Origin: Geosiphon pyriformis uo1
Lineage: Eukaryota; Fungi; Glomeromycota
NCBI GenBank assembly: GCA_016748015.1
Contig: JAAOMT010000495.1
Location: 264,094 to 328,093 of the forward strand
DNA: 64,000 nt
Reading direction: 5' to 3'
In this document: piece after piece, positions 34,741 through 46,594 of the stretch
Layout of the letters: each line of letters opens with the position of its first letter
Position numbering within the stretch: the stretch's first letter is position 1
The notes under the pieces: model-generated
What the model saw: only the letters and a program-made list of their open reading frames with translations
Databases searched by the model: none
What the model was told of the DNA's origin: nothing
Position numbers and translations under genes: made by a program

Positions 34741-35718
34741 ATAATTTATTAATTTTTTCAAAATATTAAAAAAAAAATATTTTTTATTAAAAATTTTTTA
34801 AAAGTTTTTTCTGTAATTGGCTAAATTAAATAAATTTTTTTTTAATTTATTTTATGAGTGCAGTCTAACCACTATTTTAGTACACAAAAACAAAATAAGT
34901 AAATCAAACTAAATATAATTTATGCTTTTTCTATATGTGACTAGCCACTTGGACCAATAAAAGCAATATTATATACCTATAAAAACATTCAAACCATTGT
35001 CTAAACCAGAAAAAAACAAACATGGTCTGTGCAAACCAAAACTAATAGGAAAAAACTCAATATATTAAGCAAAAAAACCATCCTCTTAGACAGAAAACTG
35101 GACAAATCACATAACAAATCAAACACTACACTTATATCACAGACCAGATCATTTTTTTATATGTCTGCTTTAAATTTAGATCTCAACAACTATAATCTAT
35201 TGTAATGTTTATTGACTAAATAGTAAATAAAATCAACTATTGTTAATATTATCCTCTTTCTATCTTTAAATTTAAATGCCATCTTATTAATTTATTCTTT
35301 GAAAACAAAGCTTTTGCACAAAATCATGTATACATTAATATTTAAAGCATCTAAAAAAAAGTGCACAAAATTGAGAATAATAATAGAAAGCAATCTTTTA
35401 CCAAAGACTTCCACAACTTAGTGTAATTAAAAAAAATATCAAAGTGCACAAAAGCATTCTTAGAGCAAGTAAAAGCATGATTAGACAACTTAAAATTATT
35501 ATACATTAAGCACAAAACACCTGAATAATTTTTGTCATATAGCCTCTTACAAACAGCAGCTAACAACTTTTTATGGATGGCTTTCATCAAATATGTATGC
35601 AAAGTAACTGACTTTTTACTAGTAAAACTGGTTAACATATAAGAATCTGAATGCCAAATTGAGGCAGTATAATCCCAATCTATGTTTCAGATAAATGAAC
35701 TGTTTAAAACATCTACAT

Positions 35719-36574
35719 TGTTACAGTTTAAGAATTTAATAGGAATTATAAATAATATAAATTAGCCAATCATAAAATAGTACAGCAACAATTTATAAAA
35801 AGAAATGATTTACAAATAACAGCAAGCACTACTGTGCAATAGCAGCAAGCACTACTGTACAATAGCAGCAAGCACTATTGTGCAAAAACAACAAGCACTA
35901 TTTCACAATAGCAGCAAGTACTATTTATAAATAATGGAAATAGAGTATTATAAAATGGTATTTTGTAAAAAAACAATTATATATATATACAATAGTTTTT
36001 AATGATGAAAAAAAAACAGCTTCAACTCAAAACAGCTTCAACTCAAAGCAACAAATATCTAAATAAAATCTTATTCAAAAAAAATTAATAAAAATAATAA
36101 ATTGAATAAACATTACAATTATAAAATTAAAAATAGAATTCACATATTCTCTCTAGCAAATGAAACTATTATTCTATCTTTAAATCCTTTGGAAAAATAA
36201 TCTCTGGTCAAGATTATTCACGTGGTTACTAATTAAATTGAAAAAAAGCTTTATTATATACTTAAAGAAATTGTAAAAAGACCATTAACATTCTGTGTTT
36301 TTAGATTAGAGAAACACATTAGGCAATTGCAAGAATAGTCTTAGAGAAAACCCCAAACAGTGGGTAGATTTTAAATTAGTCTCTGGAAAGGAGTACACAA
36401 CATACAAAGACAATTAGAATTAAAGAAAAAACTTATATCACAACATTAAAAAAAAATCTTTAGTACATTATTATTATTATCCAACATATAAAATCGAAAA
36501 ACTCACAAGAAACTGATTGTAATTAAAATAGAAAATTAACAATTAAAATATACCAAGAAAACACTCCCATAACA
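35719..36574. mobile_element. Solo LTR (856 bp) inserted in LINE-C ORF2
   Basis: TGTTA...TAACA termini; 4-bp TSD ACAT at 35715-35718 and 36575-36578; removing it restores the LINE frame EAGLNVDVLNSSF. Confidence 0.85.
35815..35929 (+). repeat. Tandem repeat, 5 x 23 bp (AATAGCAGCAAGCACTACTGTGC), inside the solo LTR
   Basis: Five contiguous degenerate units, no spacers. Confidence 0.9.
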
Positions 36575-39500
36575 ACATTAAGACCTGCTTCTTATAAAGC
36601 TTGACAAACAGTTTAATAGATATTTTGAACAAAATAGTAAGCATTGTCTAAAACCATATGACTATTCACCACAAAAATTTTATTATAAATTCTAACAGAA
36701 AGAGCCAAACACAGATGTGCTACAACACAAGCAAGAACATCTGCCTAATTATTACTAAAATCACTTAAATAGTCTTTTACTTTTACTTATCTTACAGAAA
36801 TGTCTTTTAATCTTATTAAATTAGCAATATAATATTTTTTTACTCAATATTTGTTCCAAAAATCAGACTGGTAAAGCTTGTTTTCTAATAAACATATATC
36901 CAAAGCCACTTGGCTATCCATATGCAAAACTACTAAGCAAAATAATAGAACATATTCCAAAACCAAGGCAATTATTTGTAATTCTGACAATATTGAAGAC
37001 AATAATCCATATATCTTAACATTCATACTTATATTAATATTAAAGAAATAAGTCACAATTCCATTAACCATATTCAGATCTATTAAAAAACTATTAATAT
37101 AAACATTAATTGTTTCAATTCACACTTTATGCAAGTATTTATGAACACTTAAAAACTTATTTGAGTGAAAAAAATTAGAACAGCCCAAATTAGCAATACT
37201 TTCAATAAACTCTACCAAAAAATTGTTTATATACACCAAAGTTTTCCTAAACTATAGTAATATTAGACTTCTCAAACTCAATCTTTTCCAACATTGAAAT
37301 GTTTTTTAATCCATAATTATACCATGCTTGTTCAACAAATTTTTTCTAAAGCAATACCAAAATTTTTCAAAAAATGCATCACATCAAAATAATAATTGTT
37401 TTTCAATATTTTAAACATTGAAAAGTAACTGGGTCTATAGAATGTATTAGACAAATTATTGGCCAATAAAACCTTAGTGTTCAAAAAAATCCTTACAATA
37501 CCTACCAGAAAATTATTCTTTAAGTAGACTCTTAATTTGACTGAGTATTGTAAAAAATTCAGAAGTGCTTATCTCAAAACTTGTAAATTTAAAGCATAGT
37601 GCTCAAACAATTAACCAAAAATTCCAACAGTATTAGAAAAACCAATTACCAAAGCTATTTTGGCCTCAGTTTAGATCTGTTTAAAAGACTTCAAATCATA
37701 CAGAGATGAGTAATACAAAGTCTTATTGAGAAAATTTCTTGGCAGATTGGTTTTAGATTTGAATTTTTTTCTTATTATAACATTTCATTTATGATACACA
37801 ATTTTGAATATAAAGCTGAACTGAATTCTGTAACTAATTATAGATTGCAAAACTGCTGAAACCAAATAGAAGAACTACTTATTTGATAATGTCTTCTTGA
37901 AAACCATATTTGAGAAAAACCTAATATCTGATTGTGTCTTTATAAGACTTGGCTTAAACAAACTCTTTGTTAACAAGAAAATACCCAAATATTTATAAGA
38001 TTCATTATTCTTTGCTACAAAAATTGTGTGATCACTAATGTGCAAAAAAGTTTTTACCACTTTCTGATTAATAAAAATGATTACTGTCTTGTTATTATTA
38101 ATAAAAATATTATTTATTTTAAAGAACTTACTTACAATGTCCAAATATACTGTGTTAAAGTTTAATTATTTTCCACTCATATTGTGTCATCCACAAAAGC
38201 ACCAGCAGCAAAAAATAAAGATTTGTTTTCACCAATCTCTATTTTGCCTATTCTTATCACAAAATTAGAGTTAATTCTATATTCACACAAATGTTTGTGT
38301 TTTTTAATCTTATATAACAAAGAATCATAAAAATTTTTCTAAAGAAACAGCAAGAAAATCTCACTCTAATTCAGTTCATTATGAATTCTATAGTCATTTG
38401 AAAGACCAAAATCAGTTATTACTCTGTTGACTTTGTTCTTATAAATATTCCCAAAAAACTCAATAAATCTATTACACATTTTAATATGTTCTAAACTCAA
38501 CTTTAAATAATGCCACCCAACTGAATTATAAGCTTTGCACATATCTTGTAAAACCAACCAAATTTTTTGGCTCTTTTTTAAAGCATCTTCTACTATTAAA
38601 CCAATAGCAAACACAGAAAATTGAGTCAAAATACCTTTTAAGACAGAAAAATTATTATTATAAAAAACATCAAACTTGTTACAAATAGATAAAATACAAT
38701 TTGATAGAATTTTAGATAAAATTTTTCTTGTAGTTTTAATTAAAGTGGCTAAATATTAATCAAAATACTATCTTATTTGTAAGATTTAGGAGTTATCAAA
38801 ACTCATGCTTTTTTCCAAAGATCTAGAACATCATCAAGTCTCAGACAAGAATTGAGTAGATCTAAGAGGCATTTTATTATTTCATCATTACAGTGTTTCC
38901 ACAGTTCATTCAATATGTTAGAAAAATTAATAGCTTTGCTATTAGATAACTTACTGATTACTGAAACCAATTTCTCCAAGCCAATGTTATTTATTATGCC
39001 AAAGAAAACATTATCTTTTATATGCTCTAAAAATGCATACTAATAAGTCTACAAATCAGACAAAACCATAGAAATTTTATGATTTCTTGTCCAATCCACC
39101 ATAATACTGTCAATTTTAGATTTCACTTCTTTTAGTTCCAAAACCATTTTCTCTTCAATCACCAAATAATTTAAAACAACTTTGTGAAAAAATTATTCCA
39201 AGACACTTTTTATTATGTTTCTTTTGTTTGAACTGAAATTCTCCATTCACCTTTTAATTGTATTTCTGATAAATGTGCTTTTGGTTATCTCTGATTCATA
39301 ATATTTTGATTTTTGATATTTTTTCTTGATCTTTAATAAATGTTTGATTATTTTTATAGGTCTTATATTATTACAGAATAAGATAACAATTTTAAAAGTC
39401 TTAACATCATTAATAATAGACCAGACTTTAACCAGTTATTCAAAATTAGACATTCTACTCAAATACAAACTTTTTATTATCTTAGCAACCAATAACTCCA

Positions 39501-42500
39501 GTTTGTAAAATTTTAGAGATTGTTTATTTTTTGAGCAGTTTAGTTCACAAAACCAATGTTTAAAAAACCTTATTAGCTAAACCAACTACTATTTTCCTTA
39601 ATACATTGCATATCTTATATTTTACACAGATTTTTTCTTCTTTTTGCATTCACAAAACTATCTATTACTGTCAACAACTTAGCAGAAAAACATTTCCTAA
39701 AACACATCCACTTGGCCTTATTTGCATTTTTAATTCAAAACTTTTACTGATCTTTATTAGTTTGTTTGCAAATACTATTCAAAAAAATGTTCAATAAGCC
39801 TTCCAATCTGATTAAAATTAAAACTACTCTATAATTAGTATTAAAAAATTCAGATACAGATCTAATTTTGTATCTAATAATTGCCAAAGACAGACTTTTG
39901 CTTACAAAAACATAGTCAATAATTTATTCAATTCCTTTAAAGTTGTTCCAAATAATTGACTTAATTGAAGAATATTCTCTTAAAAAATTAACCAAATTCA
40001 TGTTTAAACATTTTTTAAAACTTACACACTTTTTAGAATTATTTTTATTGAAGTTACCATCTAAAACCACAAAAGAGCTAAAACAAATTGCCTTGGAAAT
40101 AATTGAATTAACATCAAAAGCTTGATCAAATTGTATTTTGGCTAATGTACCAACATACAGCCCCAGAATCATAACTGAGAACTTGCTCTTAAACAACAAC
40201 TAAACTAAAATAACTTTGCCAAGAATCTTCTTCACTTTTAACACATATCAAGTCAGAAAATAATTTATAATAACAGCCATACCAGCACTAAGAAAACTTT
40301 TTTCTAGGCCTGATGTAAAAATTTGAATATTATCAAACTTATTCTCAATCTATAATCTTATGTTAGACTTTAACTTAGTTTTAATAAAAATAGAAATCAT
40401 GTTGTCAGATTTTAAATACCAATAAACAATGTTCTTTTGTTTTGCTAAATTGTTTATGTTCTTGATATTACATGTAGCAATTTTCCAAATAAAATTAGTC
40501 ATTAAGAAGATTTAATTGCTGAAAAGTTCAAATTAATACATATTTGATTCAATCTAAAAAAAACTAATCTAATCATACTTTCAAGCACAACCAATTTTAA
40601 TTTCAGACTACTTATTTTAATTGTCAAAATTTTGAAGCTGCTTTAATTTAAACTTAAAGTGCTAATTATTACTAACAAAGAAGGTGAAAACAGAATCTGA
40701 AGGATATTTATGATCACATCCAAATTCAAACTGGATTTTAAAACTAAAAAAAAAGCTGGAGTAAAAGACTGAGAAGCAAATACCAAAAAAAATTATGTTT
40801 ACATTACTTATTTTGCACAAAACACTAGCAATTTGATCAGCCAATAATTCCAACAAGTATTTCAAGGAAGCCAAGTAAGACTCAATTAATAAAACATCTT
40901 ATAGAGAAGAAAAAGTTTTTACAGCATTTGGAAAACCAAAAAAAAAAAAGCCAAAACCAAAACCAGAAAAGGTATTATTGTAAACAGAAACTAATAACAC
41001 AATTTAAGTTCAAGACTTGTTACTAAAGACAACAGAACAAAAAATAGAAACATTTTTTTTGTGTACAGTTTGGCTAACTAAAGGCAATTTGCATTTAAAG
41101 CAGTTCTTTTAAATGTTCTTGAAGGCTTAGAAATAAATATGAGTTGTATAACACACTTTAAAGCAGAATGTTTAAAATGTCCATATCTTTCACATTAAAC
41201 CAGATCTATTCTAGTCTAAGAAAGTTTCATACCACCAAAAATTGGCTCTGTATGAAAAACAGATTTTAAACTATTTTTTATATCAAAACCAATTACAATA
41301 AATTCTATTACTAGTTTCAAAAAACAATTGATAACACATGTTTTCCCACCAGTTTTTTTTAACAAAGCTTTCAAATTATGAGCTGTTGTTTTTACAGGCA
41401 AGATAAACAAAAATGCCTTAAATCAATTTTTAAATGTCCAAATTTCACAATTTCCACTGCTATAGCCACATGTATTGAATTTTTTCCAATTAAAAATAAC
41501 TATTTAGAAGCTAATTATTTAATCTAACTTGATTTAGCAAATTCCACCACAGTTTTTTGTTATAATTCAATAAGTTGGATTTTAATTGACATAATTTGAC
41601 TAAACTTAACAACTATGACAACAATTATTTTCTTTGGTGTATCCATAAGAATTTTCTTGATAACTATGGTCTAATCTGAATAAATTTTTTGTTTTTTGAG
41701 ATTAATGTTTATAATAATTTCTTTTTTCCTGGCCAATAATATAGTCTTTTTCATATTTTCTTTTGATGTAAATGTTAATTGGATTATCTTTTCAAATTTT
41801 GAAGAAGTAATAGTCTTTCCAAAAATATTGACTGTTAAAAAAAATTTTCTGATCACCTGTGTTTTTGCCATTGTTGATTTCTCATCTATAGCTAAAAGAT
41901 TAATGTTTAAGACAAAAAACTTTTTAATAAATACTTTAACTTGGGTTTTAACAATTTTAGGATCAATTCACTTTCTGTTCAAGAAAATAAAAAGACAAAA
42001 AGAAAGAAAAACCTCATTATTATTATCTATGTTATAAGTAAAAAGTCTAATTGAAAAGACAACTATAGCACCAGTATTGAATTGTTTAGCTTTAAGAGTA
42101 TTTATCTTTGATTCCAATTTTTTCTCACTCTTACTGTCAGCACCATAGCTAGCATTCACACTAGAAAAAATTACCAAATGAGTATTTTTATCTGTATTTA
42201 TACTAGCAAACTAACCAAGAAAATAATCAGATTTATCAAAACTCAAATCTGTTTTATTACTTGAATGCTTTATATTTTCAAAGAAGGCTTTTTGCTTTTG
42301 AAACAAGCTTTTATTAACCAAACCAGAAACAAAAACTTTGGCTAACTTTTTTTTAGCATTAAAATCACTTATAGTAACTACCAGTTTAATAACAAAGAGA
42401 TTAAATTCTTATAAAATATTAAGGTATATAATAGTAAAAAACAGAAAAAATTTTTTTCAAAAATTTTGACTCTTTTTTGGAAATTTGGAACAAAGAAGGA

Positions 42501-42719
42501 AAAGAAGTTTTTTTTAAATAAATTTTTATTATAAAATTAATTAAATTAAATTATATAATATATGTTTTATTGTAATTTTGTTTTAATATTTTATATATTA
42601 ATAATAAAAATATTAAGAATTTAGCTAATAAATTTTTTTTAATATTATATTATTTACAATATTTTTGTATTAGATTGTTTACAAAATATGTTTTTTAATT
42701 AAATAAAAATTTAATTAGA

Positions 42720-42821
42720 TTTTTTTACTATGTTTTAATAAAATATAACTTATTATTAATTATAATATAAATTTTTAAAATCTTATAAATAATTACAACT
42801 TATATATTTTTTATATATAAT
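42720..42821 (-). mobile_element. Distal part of the 3' tail and poly(A) of HAL-D, split off by LINE-D
   Basis: rc attatatataaaaaatatataagttg...ttttattaaaacatagtaaaaaaa matches the eroded tail consensus gtcacatgtagaaagtgcatgagtt...tttttaaaagcataataaaaaa in sequence and length. Confidence 0.6.
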
Positions 42822-42945
42822 AAAACTTCTTTCTCTCTTACCTCCAAAAATTCTCAAAAAGCACATTTTCTGTTAAAGAAGTTTTCTAATTTTTTTTTTT
42901 TTTGCTAGTTTTTTCAATATTTCTTTAAGTGATAACCCTTTCGTC

Positions 42946-44880
42946 ATGAATTTAAAGACTGCTTCGGCTAATAACCTTTTTGTGATGGACCTGAAGGCTG
43001 CTTCAAATAGCAGTATGTCAATAAAAAAGGCTCTTAAAGGTGCTTTTCATGATCTTGTAGGTGGTACTTTTTCTCAGAAAAAGAAGGTCTCTGTTGGCAA
43101 TATAAAACACTTTGGTGATGAAAAGGAAATTTTTCTTACTAAACCTAGTGTCAATGATGGCATATACTTGGATATGGACAATGAGTTAGGTAATAATGAG
43201 CTCAGTGATGCTGTAATAGGTTTTGATGGTGGCTCTTTTCTTAATTCAGCTGTGACAACTTCTAAAGCTAAGAGAATCAGTAATGATTTAATCAGTGGCT
43301 CTCCTATTGGTACTATTAGCTTTGAAATAGATGAGAATATGATTCATTTCCCTCCTCCTCTCAATATTTCTCTTGACAAGAGGTGAATTGATCCCAAAGT
43401 AGTGAAGACTCAGATTGAGATGTTCATCAAGAAATCCTTTGCTTTGGATATCAATTTCTTAGCTGTAGAAGATAAATCAGTGATGACAAAAACTCAGTTT
43501 ATTCGAAAAAAATTTTCAAATATCAATGGTTTTGGGGGGGCCACCACCTCTTCAAAATTTGAAGGGATCATCTGATCTACCTTTACTTCTGAAGAAAACA
43601 TAAATAAGACTGCCTCATTGACCAAAGAGAATAAGATCATTGTGAACACCAATCTCAAGAAATTAGGAGTGCACTCAGATTGGACCATAGTAATCAAGAA
43701 AATTCCCATAGATACCCCAAAGGAAATAATTGTCACCGCAGTCACCAAATTTGGTGAAATTAAGTTGATCAGAATTCAATTAATTGGCATGTGGCAGAAG
43801 ACTATGGTGGAGTTTGCCAAATCAAGTCAAGCCGATCAGTTGGCCTCAAAGTGGTCATTTCTAATCAGGAAAGATTCAGTGCATGTGGCCAAAGCTGTGG
43901 ATGATCATGACATCTGGGCTTTTAATGATTGGTTTAGGGCACTTTTGTTTACTTTGCCAGTAGAAACAACTGCGCATGATCTTGGTACTTTTTTGGATAG
44001 AGCTGGTAGAAAAACTTGCATTATTAATCAATCATTGGTAACTGACAATAGGGTTCATTGTGCTGTAATAGGCTTTGAATCTGAAGTGGAGTTGGATTCT
44101 GTCTTTCATACTGAGCCTATTTTTGGTGGTGTGCAACTATTATGGGCTAGGTTGGATTTGATTCAATGTAAGAAGTGTGGAAGATTTGGTTATTCAGTCT
44201 TGGAATGTGATGCTTCTAATGTTTCTGTTCCTGTGCTTTCTGCTCCCTTTAAAAGAAATGCTCCTAGTATGGATTGTCTTTAATTAGCCAAGTTGTATGC
44301 AAAGAAAAATGTTCCTATCTCTTGTCTTGCTGTCTTTGGTGACAAATTGTGGGCTCAAGTAGTCTCTCTTGATTTTTCTTCTGGTAGCTCTTCTTCTGAT
44401 TCTGGTCATGGTTTTGACATCTCTTCATCTGGTGCTTTGGCTTTGGGTTTGAATGGTGGTGCTCCCTTTTTTCTATTTGACAGGTCTCCCTTGGATGCTT
44501 GTTTGGCGTCTTTGAAATGCTCTCTTGAACTTTTGGCTGACCAGGTTTCTGGTATTCTTAGGAAATTGAGTTTTGTTGAATTGGTGCCCATAGTACTGTC
44601 TTCTGGTGCTTCTTCCCTAATCGGCTCTATGCTTGTGGCTCCTGTTTTGGATTTGAATATGGTCTTAGATGGTGTGTTGGCATTATTTTCTCTTTCTCTC
44701 TTAAGTATTGAATTAGATGCTGGTCTTAATTCAAGTAGTTCAAAAGTTCTGACTACCAAAGTGGGCAGTTTGGAATCTAAAATGTCAGCTCTAAAGGCTT
44801 CAGTTGGTTCTGTTCTAGTGAGATTAGATCTCTTGTGTTCTGGTGCAGGTTCTCCCTCTCTCTTTTGTCCTAATGAGTGA
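42946..44880 (+). pseudogene. LINE-D ORF1
   Basis: MDLKAAS..KKALKGAFH, IQLIGMWQK.MVEF, WSFLIRKDSV, CKKCGRFGYSVLEC, KVLTTKVGSLESK; only a few in-frame stops. Confidence 0.92.
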
Positions 44881-45156
44881 TCTGGTTTGGAAGTTTGCTA
44901 CATGTAATGTTCATGGTATCAATGTCCCTGCCAAACAGGAAGATGTTGTGCATTGGCATCGTGATTCTGGCATTTTGGTCTCATTTATCATGAAAACAAA
45001 ATTAAAGTCTTTTATTAAACTGTGAATTATGAATAAGTTTGATAAAGTGTGAATTTTTTCTTCAGAATTAGATAAAGATTTCATTGGTGCTGAGGTGGCA
45101 ATTATTATGAACAATTTCCTAGCTTGTTATGTTTCTAAAGTGAAGGAGGTCCCCAG

Positions 45157-46117
45157 TGTTACTGGAGATTTTTGGTCTCTTTTCTTAAATGTTGGTAATG
45201 TTGATTTGCTGTGAATTCATGTTTTCAAGAAGTAGTTAAATCTCCAATAACTGAATTTATCTTCAAATTATCTTCTATAATTTGAACTGCTGGGCTTATA
45301 AGTGGAATGGCCAATTCTTTTGCCAGTTATTTTATGTAGTTACATTGTAGTAAACATCAACTCTTTCCCAGGAATTGCTCATCTGAAAGCTCACTAAAAA
45401 TGTGTAGTTACTTTGCTGTAAAAGTCAATTCTTCTACAGAAATCTCATCTGTAGGCTACCCTAATGATTGTAATAAGAAAATAAAAGAAAAGTAAAAGAA
45501 ATAAAATTCTGTCAAGGGAAACGTTTTCTATCCAGGCCTGGAGTCACTAACAGTTTACTGAAATTGGTAGCTAATCAATTTCGAAATGTTAGTTGGGTTT
45601 TGGGGATTTTCCAAGTGTAATAATTAAAGAACTTGGTTTTTCAAATTATTTGATATTTATTTCTTTTTGTGTGTATAAGAATGGTTCTAAGTAATAAATC
45701 TAAAGTAAGATATCTTTTCCAGAAGAAAAAAGCTCTTCTTTTATATAACTTGTTGTAGTACTAGTCTATGAACTTGCACTTTTTCTCTTTGCTCAAATTT
45801 TGGCAAACTAAAGATACATTTTAATGAACTACAAGTTATTTCACTGAACTATTGATTAATTTGGGTGAACTATTCATAATTTCGGCAAATTTCTGTAAAT
45901 TTTGGCGAATTTTTGAATGTTACAAAGTTCAGGATATTGTGTAATTTGATCATCTTACTTTTTGTTATACTAATTAGATTATTTTAATTGAATCGTGATA
46001 TGTGATAATTGATTAAATAATAAATGATAATTTGAAATGATATTAATATACTAATGAATTATAGGAATTATACGGGTAATTTCATGCTAATTAATAGCTA
46101 AAATTCTACTGGTAACA
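45157..46117 (-). repeat. 3' LTR of the Gypsy element (961 bp)
   Basis: TGTTAC...GTAACA termini; about 96% identical (by eye) to 53649-54600. Confidence 0.97.
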
Positions 46118-46130
46118 TAATCTCCTCCTT
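46118..46130 (-). promoter_or_regulatory. Polypurine tract
   Basis: rc AAGGAGGAGATTA immediately upstream of the 3' LTR. Confidence 0.8.
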
Positions 46131-46253
46131 AAGACTGAGCTCCGTCAAAGTCCAAGTACTATTTGTAATATTGAGATAGTGATCTAAAATAATTGAAGTA
46201 ATCTGGTCTGAAAATTGTTGAAATTTCAGTTCTGTGAGTTTGCCAATGTATTG

Positions 46254-46594
46254 NNNNNNNNNNNNNNNNNNNNNNNNNNNNNNNNNNNNNNNNNNNNNNN
46301 NNNNNNNNNNNNNNNNNNNNNNNNNNNNNNNNNNNNNNNNNNNNNNNNNNNNNNNNNNNNNNNNNNNNNNNNNNNNNNNNNNNNNNNNNNNNNNNNNNNN
46401 NNNNNNNNNNNNNNNNNNNNNNNNNNNNNNNNNNNNNNNNNNNNNNNNNNNNNNNNNNNNNNNNNNNNNNNNNNNNNNNNNNNNNNNNNNNNNNNNNNNN
46501 NNNNNNNNNNNNNNNNNNNNNNNNNNNNNNNNNNNNNNNNNNNNNNNNNNNNNNNNNNNNNNNNNNNNNNNNNNNNNNNNNNNNNNNNNNNNNN
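46254..46594. other. Assembly gap (N run)
   Basis: 341 Ns within the integrase C-terminal region. Confidence 1.

Larger units (their letters stand above)
34840..42513 (-). mobile_element. LINE-C: full-length non-LTR retrotransposon, older and more eroded, interrupted by a solo LTR
   Basis: Tail at 34840-34970; ORF2 remnants (GAFVDDTI, WLVLQDMCKAYNSV, LSELQIIALVLE); ORF1 remnants (HTEPIFGG). 14-bp TSD TTAAATAAATTTTT at 34826-34839 and 42514-42527. Confidence 0.92.

Noticed and set aside
35815-35929. 23-bp repeats as a CRISPR array
   Set aside because: Contiguous tandem units without unique spacers, inside an LTR in eukaryotic DNA, with no cas genes.
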